64,000 bases of DNA, from NCBI RefSeq assembly GCF_009914755.1, contig NC_060943.1, one strand, 5' to 3'. This DNA is from the human T2T-CHM13v2.0 reference genome, Homo sapiens. Made by a program: the position numbers and the translations under genes. Positions within the stretch are counted from its first letter, which is position 1. Every line of letters begins with the position of its first letter. The notes below the pieces were generated by a model, which searched no databases, had not been told where the DNA came from, and saw only the letters and a program-made list of their open reading frames with translations. This document shows positions 1-20,375 of the stretch, piece by piece.

Positions 1-778
1 TAGACCAACTAAGTCATGGAGAAAAAGAGCTGAAGAGAAAATGTCCTCCAGATATCAGGGTACTCAAAAGCACCCAGGTATCCTGGGGAATTGAGAAAGC
101 CCCATGCATGCACAGTAAAGAACACATTTTCACAAAAGACACCGGAGAAGAAACCCTCATTTTCACTTCTGGCTGATCTGTAGCTTTAAGTAAGCAGAAC
201 ATAAAGCATAAGTAGAGTATTAAACAGCCTGGCTAAGTGTTCAAGGGATGCCCCAGGCACAGAGCCATCCACAAAGACTGGAAGAGGTCAGGCTTTTGTA
301 TGCTTTATCTTTTTTACTAGCTTCTAGCATTCAGGAAATCTCTGCCAGAACACTGGATGAACACACACTAAAGAACAGAGATGTCAGTTTCTACAACAAA
401 TAAGGAATACAGTCTGTGCAAACATACTTTGAAAATGTTATTAAACAAATGAACAATTACAGTCTTCAACACACATAAACAGAAAACAGTGAGGAAAGAA
501 GAAGAATCCAATTTTCAGAATTACCCCATTATAACATTGAGATGTCTACTTTTCAACACAAAATTATGAAGAATACAGAAAAACATGAAAATATGGTTCA
601 TCAATTGGAAAAAATATAATTGAGATAAGCCATCTCTGAGAAACCTCAGACACTGCACTCACTGAATAAAAACGTTAAAACAACTATCTTAAATATGTTC
701 AATGAAGTAAAGGCAATGATGAACAAATAACTAAAAGAAAACCAGAATACAGATATAGAGATAAAATAATATCTATTA

Positions 779-1093
<315 letters not shown>

Positions 1094-2466
1094 TTAGCCA
1101 TATAGAATTTATGCAGCTGCAGGGTACAACTAAAATGAAGACATCATCACAAGTGTTCAAAAGATGTGAGCAGCCAAAAAAAAAAAAATCAGTTAAAATG
1201 ATGATAAACCAATTGAAATTAATCTAATGGGGAAAAAAAAAGGAATGAAATTGAGAGAATGTGTTACTGGTGTACTTGTCTTGCCAATAATGTTAAAAGA
1301 AGTTCATCAGAGAGAAGAAAAATGATACAGGTTAGAAACTCAGATCATACACACACACACACAAACACACAAATATATACATATGCATATATATGAAGAG
1401 CATTAGAAAATAATTCAATGAAGGCACAAAAATTATTTCCTTTTCTTATTCCTATTGGATATCATAAAGGTTTGTTCAAAAAATAATATCAACAATGTAT
1501 TGGGTGGTTATAGTTTATAATAGGGCAAATGGATGACGGTGATGTTAAATTGGGTGGGAGGGAGGAATGCTGAACACTGGGTTATATAAGCATTACCCCA
1601 AACGCCAGTACAGTGTTACTTAAAACTGAAGGTCCATTTGTTGTGAATGGTTTACTCCAAATGCTAGGGAATTCAATAATAAAATGTTAAGAAACAACAG
1701 CCTGTCACAGTGGCTCACCCCTGTAATGCCAACACTTTGAGATGCAAGACAGGAGGACTGCTTAAGATCAAGACTTTGAGTCCACACTCGGCAACACAAT
1801 GAGACTCTGTCTCTAGGAAACGTGTAAAAAAAAAAAAAAATTAGCCAGGCGTGGTGGCCTGCACCTGTAGTCCCAGCTACTCAGGAAAGCAAGTAGGGAG
1901 GATCTCCTGAGCCCAGGAGTTGGAGGTTATAGTTAACTATGATTGCTCCACTGCACTCTAGCCTAGGTGATAGAGCAAGACCCTGTCTCAAAAAAAAAAA
2001 AAAAAAGAAAGAAAGAAAGAAACAAAGAAACAAGTAGACTTACCATACTATTAGAAGAAAATACAATCATATAGACTCCTCAGTTAAAATAAAAGGAGAC
2101 AGAAAAAGGAAGTTGAAAAAAACCGACAAGTATAACAAATGTAAAACAATTATATATGTACATATGAATCCAGGTATATCAATAACCACTTTAAATGTGT
2201 ATTATATGAATATACCAATAAAAGAAGACAAGGACTGACACAGTAGAAAAAAAACAAGATCCACCAATGTGTGCAAGAAAACTATTTTTTTATTCTCTCA
2301 AGAAAACTATTTTAAGTAGAAAGACACAGGTACATTAAATATAAAGGTATGAAAAAATATACTCCATTCTAGCCCTAATCAAAAGCCATATGGGGCTGGG
2401 CATGGTGGCTCATGCCTATAATCCCAGCACTTTAGGAGGCCAAAGCTGGTGGATTGCCTGAGGTCA

Positions 2467-2737
<271 letters not shown>

Positions 2738-4599
2738 TCAGGCCTCTCTGCCATAGTCAAAGCTACTCTCTTACCCTTCTATGCTTTACATGGATATTTA
2801 AAAACAAAATACTCATGTTTGATGAATCCAGGAAAATCACTCAAATTCAGTGTTTATGTCTATGGGTGGGAAGGAAATTGTAAGGCACTGATATTTTATA
2901 CCTCAACAGGAAAAGCCCAAATACCTATCCCTTCCAGACAATGAATGTCATTTAATTACTATTTCCATGATAGTAAGTGATACAGTTAAAAATAATTATA
3001 TTTTACTTCTTTAGCTGTTGGAAAGTCCTGTCCCACAGAATTTAGCATTCATCTGTCAAACCCATATAACAGGAACAGAACAGATTTCTCCATTGTCCCA
3101 AAATCTCCACCCTTTTAAAAAGGAGAACTGAACTTTTGTTAAATCATTTTAATTCAATGTACCTACTACACTTTCTTGTAAAAATGTATTCCTTTTTTGC
3201 AGCCATAATGGAAGAGGGTTTTTCCCTTGGTAGTAGTTATACTACTAAGTCCTGAAATTCCATCTGAAATCATCCAAAAAACAAACACACCTGAGAAACA
3301 TACTACACAAGCTCTGGGGCAAAAAAAATAAATAAAGGTTTTTAAAAAATGGAATAGAAGATTACATATACCATTTATATTCTGAAATCCAACTCTTTCT
3401 AGAATTACTTATACAATTTATTTTCTGAAGTCCAACTCTTTCCAACTTTGGGTATACTTTGTCTTCAAAGTATACAATAACAATCTCTAATCATAGGATG
3501 TATTTTAAGGTTAATCAAAAATTTAGGCTGAAAAGAGTAAACATATCTTTTCAAGCTAACAAACTCAGGAATCAGCAGTGCTGACTGGAACACAGAAAAG
3601 TCTAATGCAACAATCAGGGTGGGTCATCCTATCACCTGGGACATCCCTTAACCCTATTCTGGTCATCACCCTCCCAGGAGACACTGCCTTGTGTGCTTTT
3701 CAGGATCTTGCACTACCTCAACGGGCAGGTTCTCCAGTCCTTAGATATAACTTTCTACCTTTTAAGTCTGAGAGAGTCCAGAAGGCAAAAATCATTTCTG
3801 TTTTTTTTTCCTATGGAATATGACCATGAAATTGGCTGTTCAGTCATGTGTCTCCAAGGAATGGAAACTAGGGTTGGGAAGAAAAGGTGAGTGTCCCAGG
3901 AGTTAGCTTTTTACAGGAATTATATACCAGAAGATTCCTCCCATCCCAGTGGATCCAGTTGCTCCCCAGGGGGCCACACCCCCCATCTCAGGCTGTCCCC
4001 TGGGAGGAGTGACCCAGGGGATGATATTCACTAGACCCTCCAAGAGACTTGGCAGCTGTGGACACCCTTTTTTTTTTTTTTTTTTGAGACAGGGTCGGCC
4101 TCTGTTGCCTAGGCTGGGATGCAGAGGCACGATCATAGCTCACTGCAACTTCAAACTCCTGGGCTCCAGCCATCATCCCACCTCAGCCTCAGGAGTAGCT
4201 GCGACTACAGGTGCCAGCTACCAAGCCCAGCTAATTTTATTATTATCATTTATACTAGAGACAAGGTCTTGCCATGTTGCCCAGGCTGGTCTGGAACTAC
4301 TAAGATTAAGCAATACCTCTGCCTTAGCCTCCCAAGGTGCTGGAATTACAGGAATGACCCACCGTGTTCAGGAACCCAAAATAATTCTTTCAAGAAAAAG
4401 CCATACATTGCTAGCTGAAAACAAGATGACAAACTAGTGAAATATCGCCTGGGGGCCAAACAGTTCATACCGTTGCTGTGAATTAAGGACAGAAGGTTAG
4501 CCTGGGGAAGTCTCTGGAAACCAAGAGATTTGCTGCCAGCCCTAGGAGGAGTCAGGATGAGAGAACACAGTGGTGGATTTGAGACCCTGCTAACCACAT

Positions 4600-5950
4600 C
4601 TTTGGAAGACTCAGAGGGGAAACGGTCGCCCTTGGAAAGAAAGAAGGGACTGAGGACCACGGAGACCACAGCTCCTCCCACACACAAACCCCACACACGA
4701 GTCTGGATTCCACCTGGTGACTCGTCGTCACCGTGCAGCCTCCTCACCGGGTTCACAGGAACTGCGAGCCAGGCTGGAGGCGAGATTGCAGTTAGATATT
4801 AACCAGGTGCCCTCAGCCCCGCTGCCTCAAGGGGCCGCCTCCCTGAGAGTCAGGTCACAGCAGACGCTGACCGCCGGCTTCCCCATTGTGCCTGGGGATA
4901 AGATCTCTGAGAACTGCTCAAGAGTCGCCGGAGTTCTCAGATCCTGAATCCCAGCAAAGGCTGGCGCCAATCAGGTTGAAGTCCCAACGAGGGAGCCCAT
5001 TCAGCAGAATGCGGTTTCTTCACCTCCTGTCCCAGGATTCACCCCTCACTTCCCCACCAACCAACGACCCTACACCCAGCCGCCCCCGTCCAGACCCCAA
5101 ATCCCTCAGGGAGGCGGATCTGGGGTGTCCTCCCCTCTCTGGCTATTAAACTGTTTCTGCTGCAGCCCTCAGCGTCTCGGTGCAGTGAGTCGGGCCGCGA
5201 ACCTGTGTTGCTTACAGCCGCACAATCTCGGGAGACGCGAGGCTGCGGGCGCGGAGCTGCCCAGAGAGGGCGCCGGGGCCGCAGTCGCCGCGCAGGAACG
5301 GGACAGGACGCCCGGGGTCCCGGCTGCATGCCCAGCCCCACCCTGCGGCCGAGGGCCGACCTACGCCAGGGGAACCCGGGTCCGTAGATCCCGGAGTAGC
5401 CCTTGGGGAGGCCCGGGTCCAGCCACAGCCGATTACTGCAGGTTCCACCCAGCCCCTCCCCCGCCTCGGGACGCCGGCCCAGCACACGCACCATTTCCCG
5501 ACTTCCGCGGTGTCCCAGGTCCTCCGGACGGCTCCCGCTGCCAATGCGGGTTCCCGCGGGACACAGGCTGCCACGGAACTTCCAGGTCGTCTCTTAGCTA
5601 CAGAGCCGAGCACCGAGCGCCCAGCGCAGGTGGGTGGAGAAGACGCCGCGGGCTTTTTCAACCACACACTCCTCTGGGAAGCGCGCCTGATTGACAGTTC
5701 CCACGAACCCGCCCCACGGCCCTTACTGGATACGGCGTCAGGTGCCGCCCCTCGTGGACTGATTGACAGAAGAAGCGATCTTGCACAGCTGAGTGGAGCC
5801 AGATGAGCAAGTTCCTGACACAGCCCTTGGCAGGGCGGGCTTCCTCCCTGCTCTTTGATCTGAATCCTCCCGAGGGATATTTGCACTTAAGCGGAATTTC
5901 CTGCCTGTACTCAATAGGACCTCCTGCTTCTTCCTCCTGTACACTGACTG
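4600..5950 (-). promoter_or_regulatory. CpG island, promoter and exon 1 of the paralogue (ZNF799)
   Basis: Dense CpG. CTGATTGAC at 5687 and 5759, GC boxes at 5708 and 5745. Confidence 0.85.
5492..5494 (-). CDS. ZNF799: Exon 1 ATG of the ZNF443 paralogue; rest of the gene lies left of the window
   Basis: Same GGAAGTCGGGAAATG|GTGCGT context within the duplicate of the ZNF443 5' region. The symbol comes from known ZNF799/ZNF443 paralogy, not from coding sequence in this window. Confidence 0.75.
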
Positions 5951-5988
5951 ACAAAACAATTATACTTTTTTTTTTTTTTTTTTTTTTT

Positions 5989-6023
<35 letters not shown>

Positions 6024-6309
6024 TCTTGCTCCGTGGCTCAGGCTAGAGTGCAATGGTGCGAGGCTCACTGCGACCTCCGCCTCCTAGGTGGGTTCAAACA
6101 ATTCTGCCTCAGCCTCCCGAGTAGCTGGGATTACAGGTGCGCGCCACCACACCCGGCTAATTTTTGTATGTTTTAGTAGAGGCCGGGTTTCACCATGTTG
6201 GCCAGGCTGGTCTCGAACTCCTGACCTCGTGATCCGCCCACCTTGGCCTCCCAAAGTTCTGGGATTAGAGACGTGAGCCATCGCGCCTGGCTCCAATTAT
6301 ACTCTTTTT

Positions 6310-8830
<2,521 letters not shown>

Positions 8831-9240
8831 TTTATTTTTATTTTTATTTTTTTTTGAGACAGAGTTTCACTCTTGTTGCCCACGCTGGAGCGCAATGTTG
8901 CAATCTTGGCTTACTGTAGCCTCCTCCACCTCCCAGGTTCAAGCAGTTCTCCTGCCTGCTGGGATTACAGGCGTGAGCCACCATGCCCGGCCCTCAGTGC
9001 CAGTCTTAAAGACAGCAGCCCGAGATCCCAGTATAAAATCCTACTCACTCAATTATCACCTTTGTATTTTCGAATTGGTATGGGGACTTTCCAAAGGTCT
9101 GAAACAAGGCTCTCTGTTCTATATCATCTACAATAACTCAGTCCCTGTCAAATTTGGCAGGAATTGCCTAAAAATGTTGTAAAATACATCAAAAGCCTGC
9201 AACCACCTGGTAAAACGGATTATGATTATGACATACCATC

Positions 9241-9680
9241 TCTGATGGTTAATACTGAGTGTCAACTTGATTGGATTGAAGGATACAAAGTATTGATCCT
9301 GGGTGCCTCTGTGAGGGTGCTGCCAAAAGAGATTAACATTTGAGTCCCTGGGCTGGGGAAGACAGATCCACCATTAATCTGGTGGGCACAATCTAATCAG
9401 CTGCCAGCGAATATAAAGCAGGCAGAAAAACATGAAAAGGAGAGACTGGCCTAGCCTCCCAGCCTACATCTTTCTCCCATGCTGGATGCTTCCTGCCCTC
9501 GAACATCAGACTCCAAGTTCTTCAGTTTTGGGGCTTGGACTGGCTCTCCTTGCTCCTCAGTTTGCAGACAGCCTATTGTGGGACCTTGTGATTGTCTAAG
9601 TTAATATTTAATAAACTCCCATTTATATATATATATATATCCTATTAGTTCTGTCCCTCCAGAGAACCCTGACTAATACA
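9241..9680 (+). mobile_element. MLT2A (HERV-L) solo LTR
   Basis: Starts TCTGATGGTTAATACTGAGTGTCAACTTGATTGG, ends CCCTGACTAATACA; 5-bp TSD CCATC at 9236-9240 and 9681-9685. Confidence 0.9.
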
Positions 9681-10297
9681 CCATCTAAATCCTGGGGGAA
9701 AAAAGTTGGAGAGAAAATTTCCTCTAGTAAACTAGGGTATTCAAAAGCACTCAGGTATACTGGGGAATTGAGAAAGCCCCATGCATGCACAGGAAAGAAC
9801 ACATTTTCACAAAACACATGATAAAACCCTAATTTTCAGCTCTGGCTGATCCCTAGGTTTAATTAAACAGAAAATAAATGCTAAAGTAGGATTTTAAACA
9901 GCCTGACTGTGTTTTCAAGGAATGCCCCAGTACAGAGCCATCCACAAAGACTGAAAGAGGTAAGGTTTTTGTTTGTTTCATCTTCTTCTTTACTTTTAGC
10001 TTCTAACATTCCAGAAATCTGTCAGAACACTGAATGAACACAGAGGAATAGACATCAGTGTCTACAATGAATAGGGACTACAGTCTCTGCAAACACAGTT
10101 TGAAAATGTTACTAAACAAATTACAGCCTTCAACAAACATAAATAGCAAAGAGTAAGCATAATTTTGTTTTGATACAAACAAAATTATGAAGAATACAGA
10201 GAAACATGAAAATGTGGCTCATTGATGGAAAAAGTTTAATTGACATAGTTCATCTCTGAGAAACCTGACACTGGACTTACTGAATTAAAACTTTAGA

Positions 10298-12600
<2,303 letters not shown>

Positions 12601-13236
12601 AAACAAGTAGTATAGTATAATAAGTCTACTTACTCTACTTCCATTTTCATAAAATTTCATTTCACATAGTAATAGATTTACTATACTAATAGAAGAAAGA
12701 AAGAAAATGGAATCATATTAAATGCTCAGTTGGAAGGAAAGGAGGCAGAAAAAAAGAAGTTGAAAAAACAGACAAACATAACACAATTACATATGTACGT
12801 AGTAATCCAACTATATCAATTGCCATTTAAACATGTATTATCTATAGATACCAATATAAAACAAAGATTGATAGAGTAGAAGGAAAAAACAAGACCCATG
12901 AATGTATAAAGAAAACTATTTTAAATAGAAAGACACAGATACATTAAATACAATGGTATAAAGAAATATATGCCATTTTAGCCCTAATCAAAAGGAATAT
13001 GGAACAGGCTACATTAGACTCAGATAAATCAGGTTGTAGATCAAGGAAAATTACAAGAGATAGAGATATTTCATAATGATAAAGTGCTCAATCCTAGAGA
13101 CATAATAATCCTTGATATGTATGTCCAGAAAATAGAGCATCAAAATGCATAAGGTGGCTGGGTGTGGTGGCTCACGCCTGTCATCCCAGCACTATGGAAG
13201 GCCGAGGTGGGTGGATCACCTGAGGTCGGGAGTTCA

Positions 13237-13437
<201 letters not shown>

Positions 13438-13463
13438 TCAAGAAAAAAAAAAAATGCATAAGG

Positions 13464-13797
13464 CAGCAGTCCCCAACCTTTTTGGCGCCAGGGACTGGTT
13501 TTGTGGAAGACAATTTTCCCATGGAATTGCGCTGTAGGGGAATGGTTTCTGATGAAACTGTTCCACCTCACATCATCAGGCATTAGATTCTCATAAGGAA
13601 CGCACAACCTAGATCCCCTTGCATGTGCAGTTCACAACAGGGTTCGCGCTCCTATGAGAATCTAATACCGCCACTGGTTTGACAGCATGTGCAGGCGGTA
13701 ATGCTTACTGCCTGCCGCTCATCTCCTGCTGTGCCACCCGGTTCCTAACCAGCTACAGACCAGTACTGGTCCACAGCCTGGAGGCTGGCAACTCCTG
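13464..13797 (+). mobile_element. MER1B hAT-Charlie MITE
   Basis: CAGCAGTCCCCAACCTTTTTGGC...CAACTCCTG with 8-bp TSD GCATAAGG/GCATACGG. Confidence 0.85.
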
Positions 13798-14331
13798 GCA
13801 TACGGCATAAATTTATAAAACTGCAAGGCAAATACACAAATCCATAATTATAGTTGAAGGAGAACAATTCCCCTCTATCAATAATTGATCAATTGAGTAG
13901 AAAAATCACTAAGGACATAGCTGAACTCAACAGCATCATTAATCAACTGGATTTAATTCATATGTATTTATAGAATACTTCACTCAACACCAGAGTACAC
14001 ATTCTTCTCCAAACTACATAACATATTCACCAGGATGGACTATATTCTGAGCCATAAAACCTACCTTAACAAATTTAAAATAGATATTCTGTAAAGTATG
14101 CAATCTAACCATATTAGAATTAATCTAGAAACCAGTAACAGAAACACAGTTGAAAATCTTCCAGAAAGTCGACATTTGAACAACAAACATCCAAAATACA
14201 TGAAAGACAAACCGAACTGTCAAGAGAAATTTAAATATTCTGAAGTTGATGAGAAAACTATATCTTAGGGCCAGGCACAGTGGCTCACGCCCATAATCCC
14301 AGCACTTTAGAAGGCCAAGGTGGGTGAATCA

Positions 14332-14698
<367 letters not shown>

Positions 14699-15509
14699 TA
14701 GCCAAAAACACTTTTCATAGAGATGAGATCTATATTCCCCAGGCTGGTCTCAAATTCCTGGGCTCAAGTGATCCTACCACCTTGGCCTCCCAAAGTGTTG
14801 GGATTACAAGCATGAACCATAATGCCCAGCCTTAGCGAAATGTTTGAAATGTAGCAAAGGCAGTGTTTACAGGGAAATTCAAAGAATTGAATGCAAACTC
14901 TGGAAAATAAAGATCTAAAATCAATGCTCCATTTTGAGAAACTAAAGTTCCATTTTGAGAAACTAAAGAAAGAACTCCAAGATAAATCACTCAGAGGAAA
15001 ATTACAATGAGAATATATTAATGAAATTGCAAACAAGATATCAATTAAAAACATCAATAAAATCAAGAGCTAGTTCTTTAAAAAGACCAAGAACATTGCT
15101 AAACCCACAGCCAAGCCAACTCAGAAAAAAAAAGGGGGCCATCACTACTATTCCTATGCACATTAAAGTGACCATAAGGGACTATTCAGAGCAATTGCAT
15201 GTCTACAGATTTGTTTAATTACATGAATGGGCCAATTCCCTGAAAGACAAAATCTACCAAAACTCACAAAATTAGACCCATGTAATACGAACGGGCATAA
15301 TCTATTTAAAAATTGGAATCACTAAATAACAAATGTCCCAAGAAAAAGGAACCAGACCAGGATGGTTTCACTGGTGAACTCTGGCAAACACTTATGGAAG
15401 AAATGACACCAATTTTCTACAATCTCTTCTGAAAAAGAGAAGCAGAGAGAAATCATGTTATAAGGCCAACATTGCCCTTGCACTGCAACTAGACAGATGA
15501 TACAGACAT

Positions 15510-15690
15510 ATCTCCGCCATGTAAGAATATAAAAGGAAGACTGCTATCTGCAAACCAAGAAGCAGGCCCTTACTAGAGACTTCATCTGCTTGAACTTGGA
15601 AACCCAGCCTCTACATCTTTGAGAAATGTTTGTTGTTTATGGTATGCAGCCTGTGGTAATCTGTTATAATAGCTTGAGGTGACCACACAT
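15510..15690 (+). mobile_element. MLT1-type MaLR LTR fragment
   Basis: TCTGCAAACCAAGAAGCAGGCCCT...CCCAGCCTC...GGTAATCTGTTATAATAGC. Confidence 0.6.
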
Positions 15691-15980
15691 CAAGGCTTTG
15701 AAGTCTATAGTAATGAGGAGAGTATGGTATTAACCACAATGACTAAAAGAGAAACCAATGGAAAATAGCCAATTCTAAAACAAGATCACCAATTTAAGAC
15801 ACAAGAACCTATGACATGCAGGTATTAGCAGGCAACGATATAAATGGGAGACACTTCAACACAAAAGACAGGGACAAATGGTTATCTTCAAGAGAAAAAT
15901 CAATTTTCTGCTCATCATCTTCACATACAATAATCAACTCACTATACACCTACCTGTTTTGTGAATTCTTATTCACTTGA

Positions 15981-16247
<267 letters not shown>

Positions 16248-16319
16248 TGATCTGCCAGCCTCAGCCTCCCAAAGTGCTAAGATTACAGGCATGAGCCACT
16301 GTGCCCAGCCCAGCTTCCA

Positions 16320-16900
16320 TTTTGAATTTGCTTTGAACACTCTCCAAGCAGAAAATGGGTTTGTAATCTCAGATACACTTTCTTGTTCTCTACCTCCTCC
16401 TCCTTCCTCAATGTGGTTGATCCAGATATCTCCCTTACGTAACCATCTTTCTGTCACCATGTCCCTATGGGACAGCTAAATACAACTTGCCTGACTCACC
16501 CCCCACAGCCCACATGGACTGCAGACATGTGTAGCAGTGACCACCTCTCAGTCAAAGCTGGACTCTGGGGAACTTGCGCATACTTCCTTTTAAACACACC
16601 AATTAGAACTCCCCAAGAGAAGCCTGGTTGGGTAACCCCTGGGCCCCAATAAAGGCTTCAGCTCATGAGTCCCCCTCCCTCTCTTGTTCCGCACATACTG
16701 GTCAAGTGTCCATGTAACTCAAGACCGCTAACTCTTGGTCTTCAAGGCATGCTAATCTCTTCTGTCTAGGATGTCTATGTAAATGCACTGTTTCTATTAT
16801 TTCCTGTATTTTGTTGAGTTGCCTTTTCTATGTCGCACCTGACCAACACATCTGAACCTAAGTTCTATCCAGATCAAAGCTCTCTTTGTAGGATTGTCTT
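16320..16900 (+). mobile_element. MER74-like ERVL LTR
   Basis: ATGGGACAGCTA...GTGACCACCTCTCAGTCA...CACCAATTAGAACTCCCC...CCCCAATAAAGGC. Confidence 0.65.
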
Positions 16901-17039
16901 GGCTGCGGCTGTCTTGGTAGAAATAAAATAAAAATTTGTCAGAAAAAAAAAAAACCCACGAAATGTCAGCAAAAACAAGTGTTCTTGAAGAGGAACACTT
17001 GGTCACTAGTCTGACATTTAGGCATTATTAGGCCCCGAC

Positions 17040-17863
17040 CAGGAAAAAGAAAAACCTAAAGGGTCACATTTGGCTGGCTTCCAAATTAATCTACCTGGGG
17101 GAGGTCTTCTGATCCACGGCCCACATCCTGTCCCTGAGTAAACAATCTTATCCTGGGCTGGGGGTGGTGGTTCACGCCTGTAATCCTAGCACTTTGGGAG
17201 GCCAAGGCAGGCAGATCACCTGAGGCCGGGAGTTTGAGACCAGCCTGACCAACATGGAGAAACCCTATCTCTACTAAAAATAGAAAATTAGCCAGGCATG
17301 GTGGTGCGTGCCTGCCTACTCGGGAGGCTGAGGCAGGAGAATCGCTTGAACCCGGGAGGCAGAGGTGATGGTGAGCGGAGGCTATGGTGAGCCGAGATCA
17401 CACCATTGCACTGCAGCATGGGCCATAGAGCAAGACTCCGTCTCCAAAAAAAAAAAAAAAAAAAAAGAATCTTATCCTGAGTCCCTCAAATCATATTGTG
17501 AGTTCTTCAAACTGCTGATGCTCTCATTAACATGTAACCTACTGACATCAAAAAGGATCCTGATTCGTTTCTAAATCATGAAGTTTTCCTGATTGTCTTC
17601 CATGTAGAACCTTTTAGCCTGTATGTTGTCATGTGTAACCAATGTTTATAACCTCTGAATTGTACCCTCCAATGAAAAGGACAATTCACCAATGAGGAGT
17701 CCCCCTCCCTTCTCCTAAAGGTTCTTAGGAAAGCGTCTGATTTGTAATGGAGGTTGGAACACATCCAAATTTGCTGGTGTGTCTTCCTGGGTCAATCCTC
17801 AAATTTGACCAGTAAACCTACATAAAATGACTTCTACCTCAATAGCCTTAATTTAGGTCAACA
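17040..17863 (+). mobile_element. ERV1-like LTR (family uncertain) with nested Alu 17155-17466
   Basis: LTR-like 3' end ...GCCTTAATTTAGGTCAACA; Alu TSD AATCTTATCCTG. Confidence 0.5.
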
Positions 17864-18109
17864 GAAGGCTCTCAGAAAGGCACAATTTCAGAAAATGAAA
17901 GCCCACAAGGGAAAAATGTTCTGCACCAATGCTAATCAGTAAAAACCAATATATACTCATATGGAGATAAATAAAAGATAAGTCTTTGTAAGGAATAAAC
18001 ACACACATGCGTACACGGTCAGACAGGTAATGTACACATGCCATTAGAATTTCTTAGAAAACTTAAATTCATCCATAATCTACGACCAGTAGTGGGAATA
18101 TTGAGGAGA

Positions 18110-18822
18110 GAAAGTTACCCCCTGGGGAAGGCTCTGGAAACCAAGGGACTTACTGTGACCCCTATAAAGAGTTAGGTTGAGGAGACAGGACGGTGGATTA
18201 GACAGGATGGTGGACTTCAGACTCTGCTGTCCAGGGGAAGGGTCCGCAGACCGGGTAGTCGCCCGTAGGGAAGTCTGGGTCCTGCCCCAGCTGGTAACAG
18301 CTGGTTCCAACCAACCCCTCCTCCCGTCTCCGGACCCCTAGGCCGTGCACACGCACCATTTCCTGGCTTCCACGGTGTCCCGGGGTCTTCTCTACGGCTC
18401 CTGCGGCCTGTGCGGGTCCCAGTGTGCCAGAGGCTGCCACAGAACTTTCAGGGCGTCTCTTAGCAACAGAGCTGGGAACCAAGCGCAAGGAGTGGAGAAG
18501 ATGCCCTGGGCTCTTGGAACCTCACAGCCTCCTCGCGGCAGCTCCCTTATTCACAGTTCTCACGACCCCACCCCACGTCCCTGATTGAGTAGTGTACCAT
18601 GTCCTGCCCCCTGGGGAACTCAGTGACAGAAGAAGGTATCTCTTGGTGCTGAGTGGAGGCAGAAAAACAGGTTCCAGACCCAGACCCTCACAGAGCGATC
18701 TTCTTGCCTAGTGGTTCCTAGTGCTGTGACCTTATCCCGCCCCTGGGGACATTTGCATGTGGGCATAATTTCCCACCTGTACTCAATGAGCTCTTACTAC
18801 CTCTTCCCCTGGACAGATCACA
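18110..18822 (-). pseudogene. Third paralogous ZNF promoter and ATG-only exon 1 (ATG 18359-18357, donor GTGCGT) with no KRAB or finger exons of its own
   Basis: Alignable to 4495-4585 and 5365-5955; minus strand GGAAGCCAGGAAATG|GTGCGT; CpG-depleted. Confidence 0.8.
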
Positions 18823-19491
18823 AGTCTGTGCTGGGAATCCCAGACCACTGTCCAGTGGAGCCATCCCCTAGCCTCAGAGCAGGAGGGGAGCCCAAGCCAC
18901 ACAGGCCACCCTGCAGCAGGAGGGAAGGCCTGATATCCTCCAGGGATCAGGAATTTCAGATGGGGCTGCTGGCGACATGGCCAAGCCTTTCTCCCACCTT
19001 ATCTCTCAATCTACTCATTTTCAGCTCATAAAAGCACATCAACAATGAAATAAAACTGTTACATGCATGGAAAAACTGGAATTATAAGGCAACAGTCTTC
19101 TATAAAGGAATCAAAAGAGAAGAAAGGAAGAAACATGAACTAGCTCAAAGCAGCAGCCTGCTGAACCCACAGTTCACAAGCAAACTCCCTTTCAGGAGGT
19201 CAAACAGATTCCCAAGCTTAGGAGCCAAACTCTGACTCCTGAAACAATCTAGTGATGAGGCAGGGACATGGAAGCATTTAACTTTTGGCACTCAACTCGC
19301 CCTCCTATCCTGCTTGCACACTGTGGAAACACTCCTTTCTTCAACACTTTAAATGTTAACGAATTAAACGCTCCAATCAAAACCTGAAACATTAGACTTT
19401 GAATCTGAAAACATGAGTTTTGCCATGTTTTTAAGGACCAGACATAAAAGCATTGTGAGGCCAGGCGCAGTGGCTCATGCCTGTAATCCTA

Positions 19492-19758
<267 letters not shown>

Positions 19759-20174
19759 TCATCAACTGAAAGGTGGAATCCATTGCTAAAAGAAAGGAAC
19801 CAAACATGAGGTGTCATCAGATTAAATGAAATCTTCTATTTTTAAAAACTGTAGCTTTTCCTGACAGGGAAAATGGGCATGTTTGGCAAATAAGAAATAA
19901 ATGATGTCTGATTATAACTCATCAACAAATAATTTTCATGTCTTAAAAAATGACATACACACACACAGTCTATTATCACAAGATTTTGTTCCCTCCTTGA
20001 AGGATAAACTACTGCTCTGCAAGATGCTCCACCCTTCACTCCTCACATTAACTGCTGCTAGCATATTTATTTGTTCCAAAACAGGTATAAAAAGAGGGTT
20101 CAGTGTGTCAAACTACATGATTGTTAGAGGTTTATGTACAGATTTTGTATATTTTTACAAACTGCACCAGTTAA

Positions 20175-20375
<201 letters not shown>

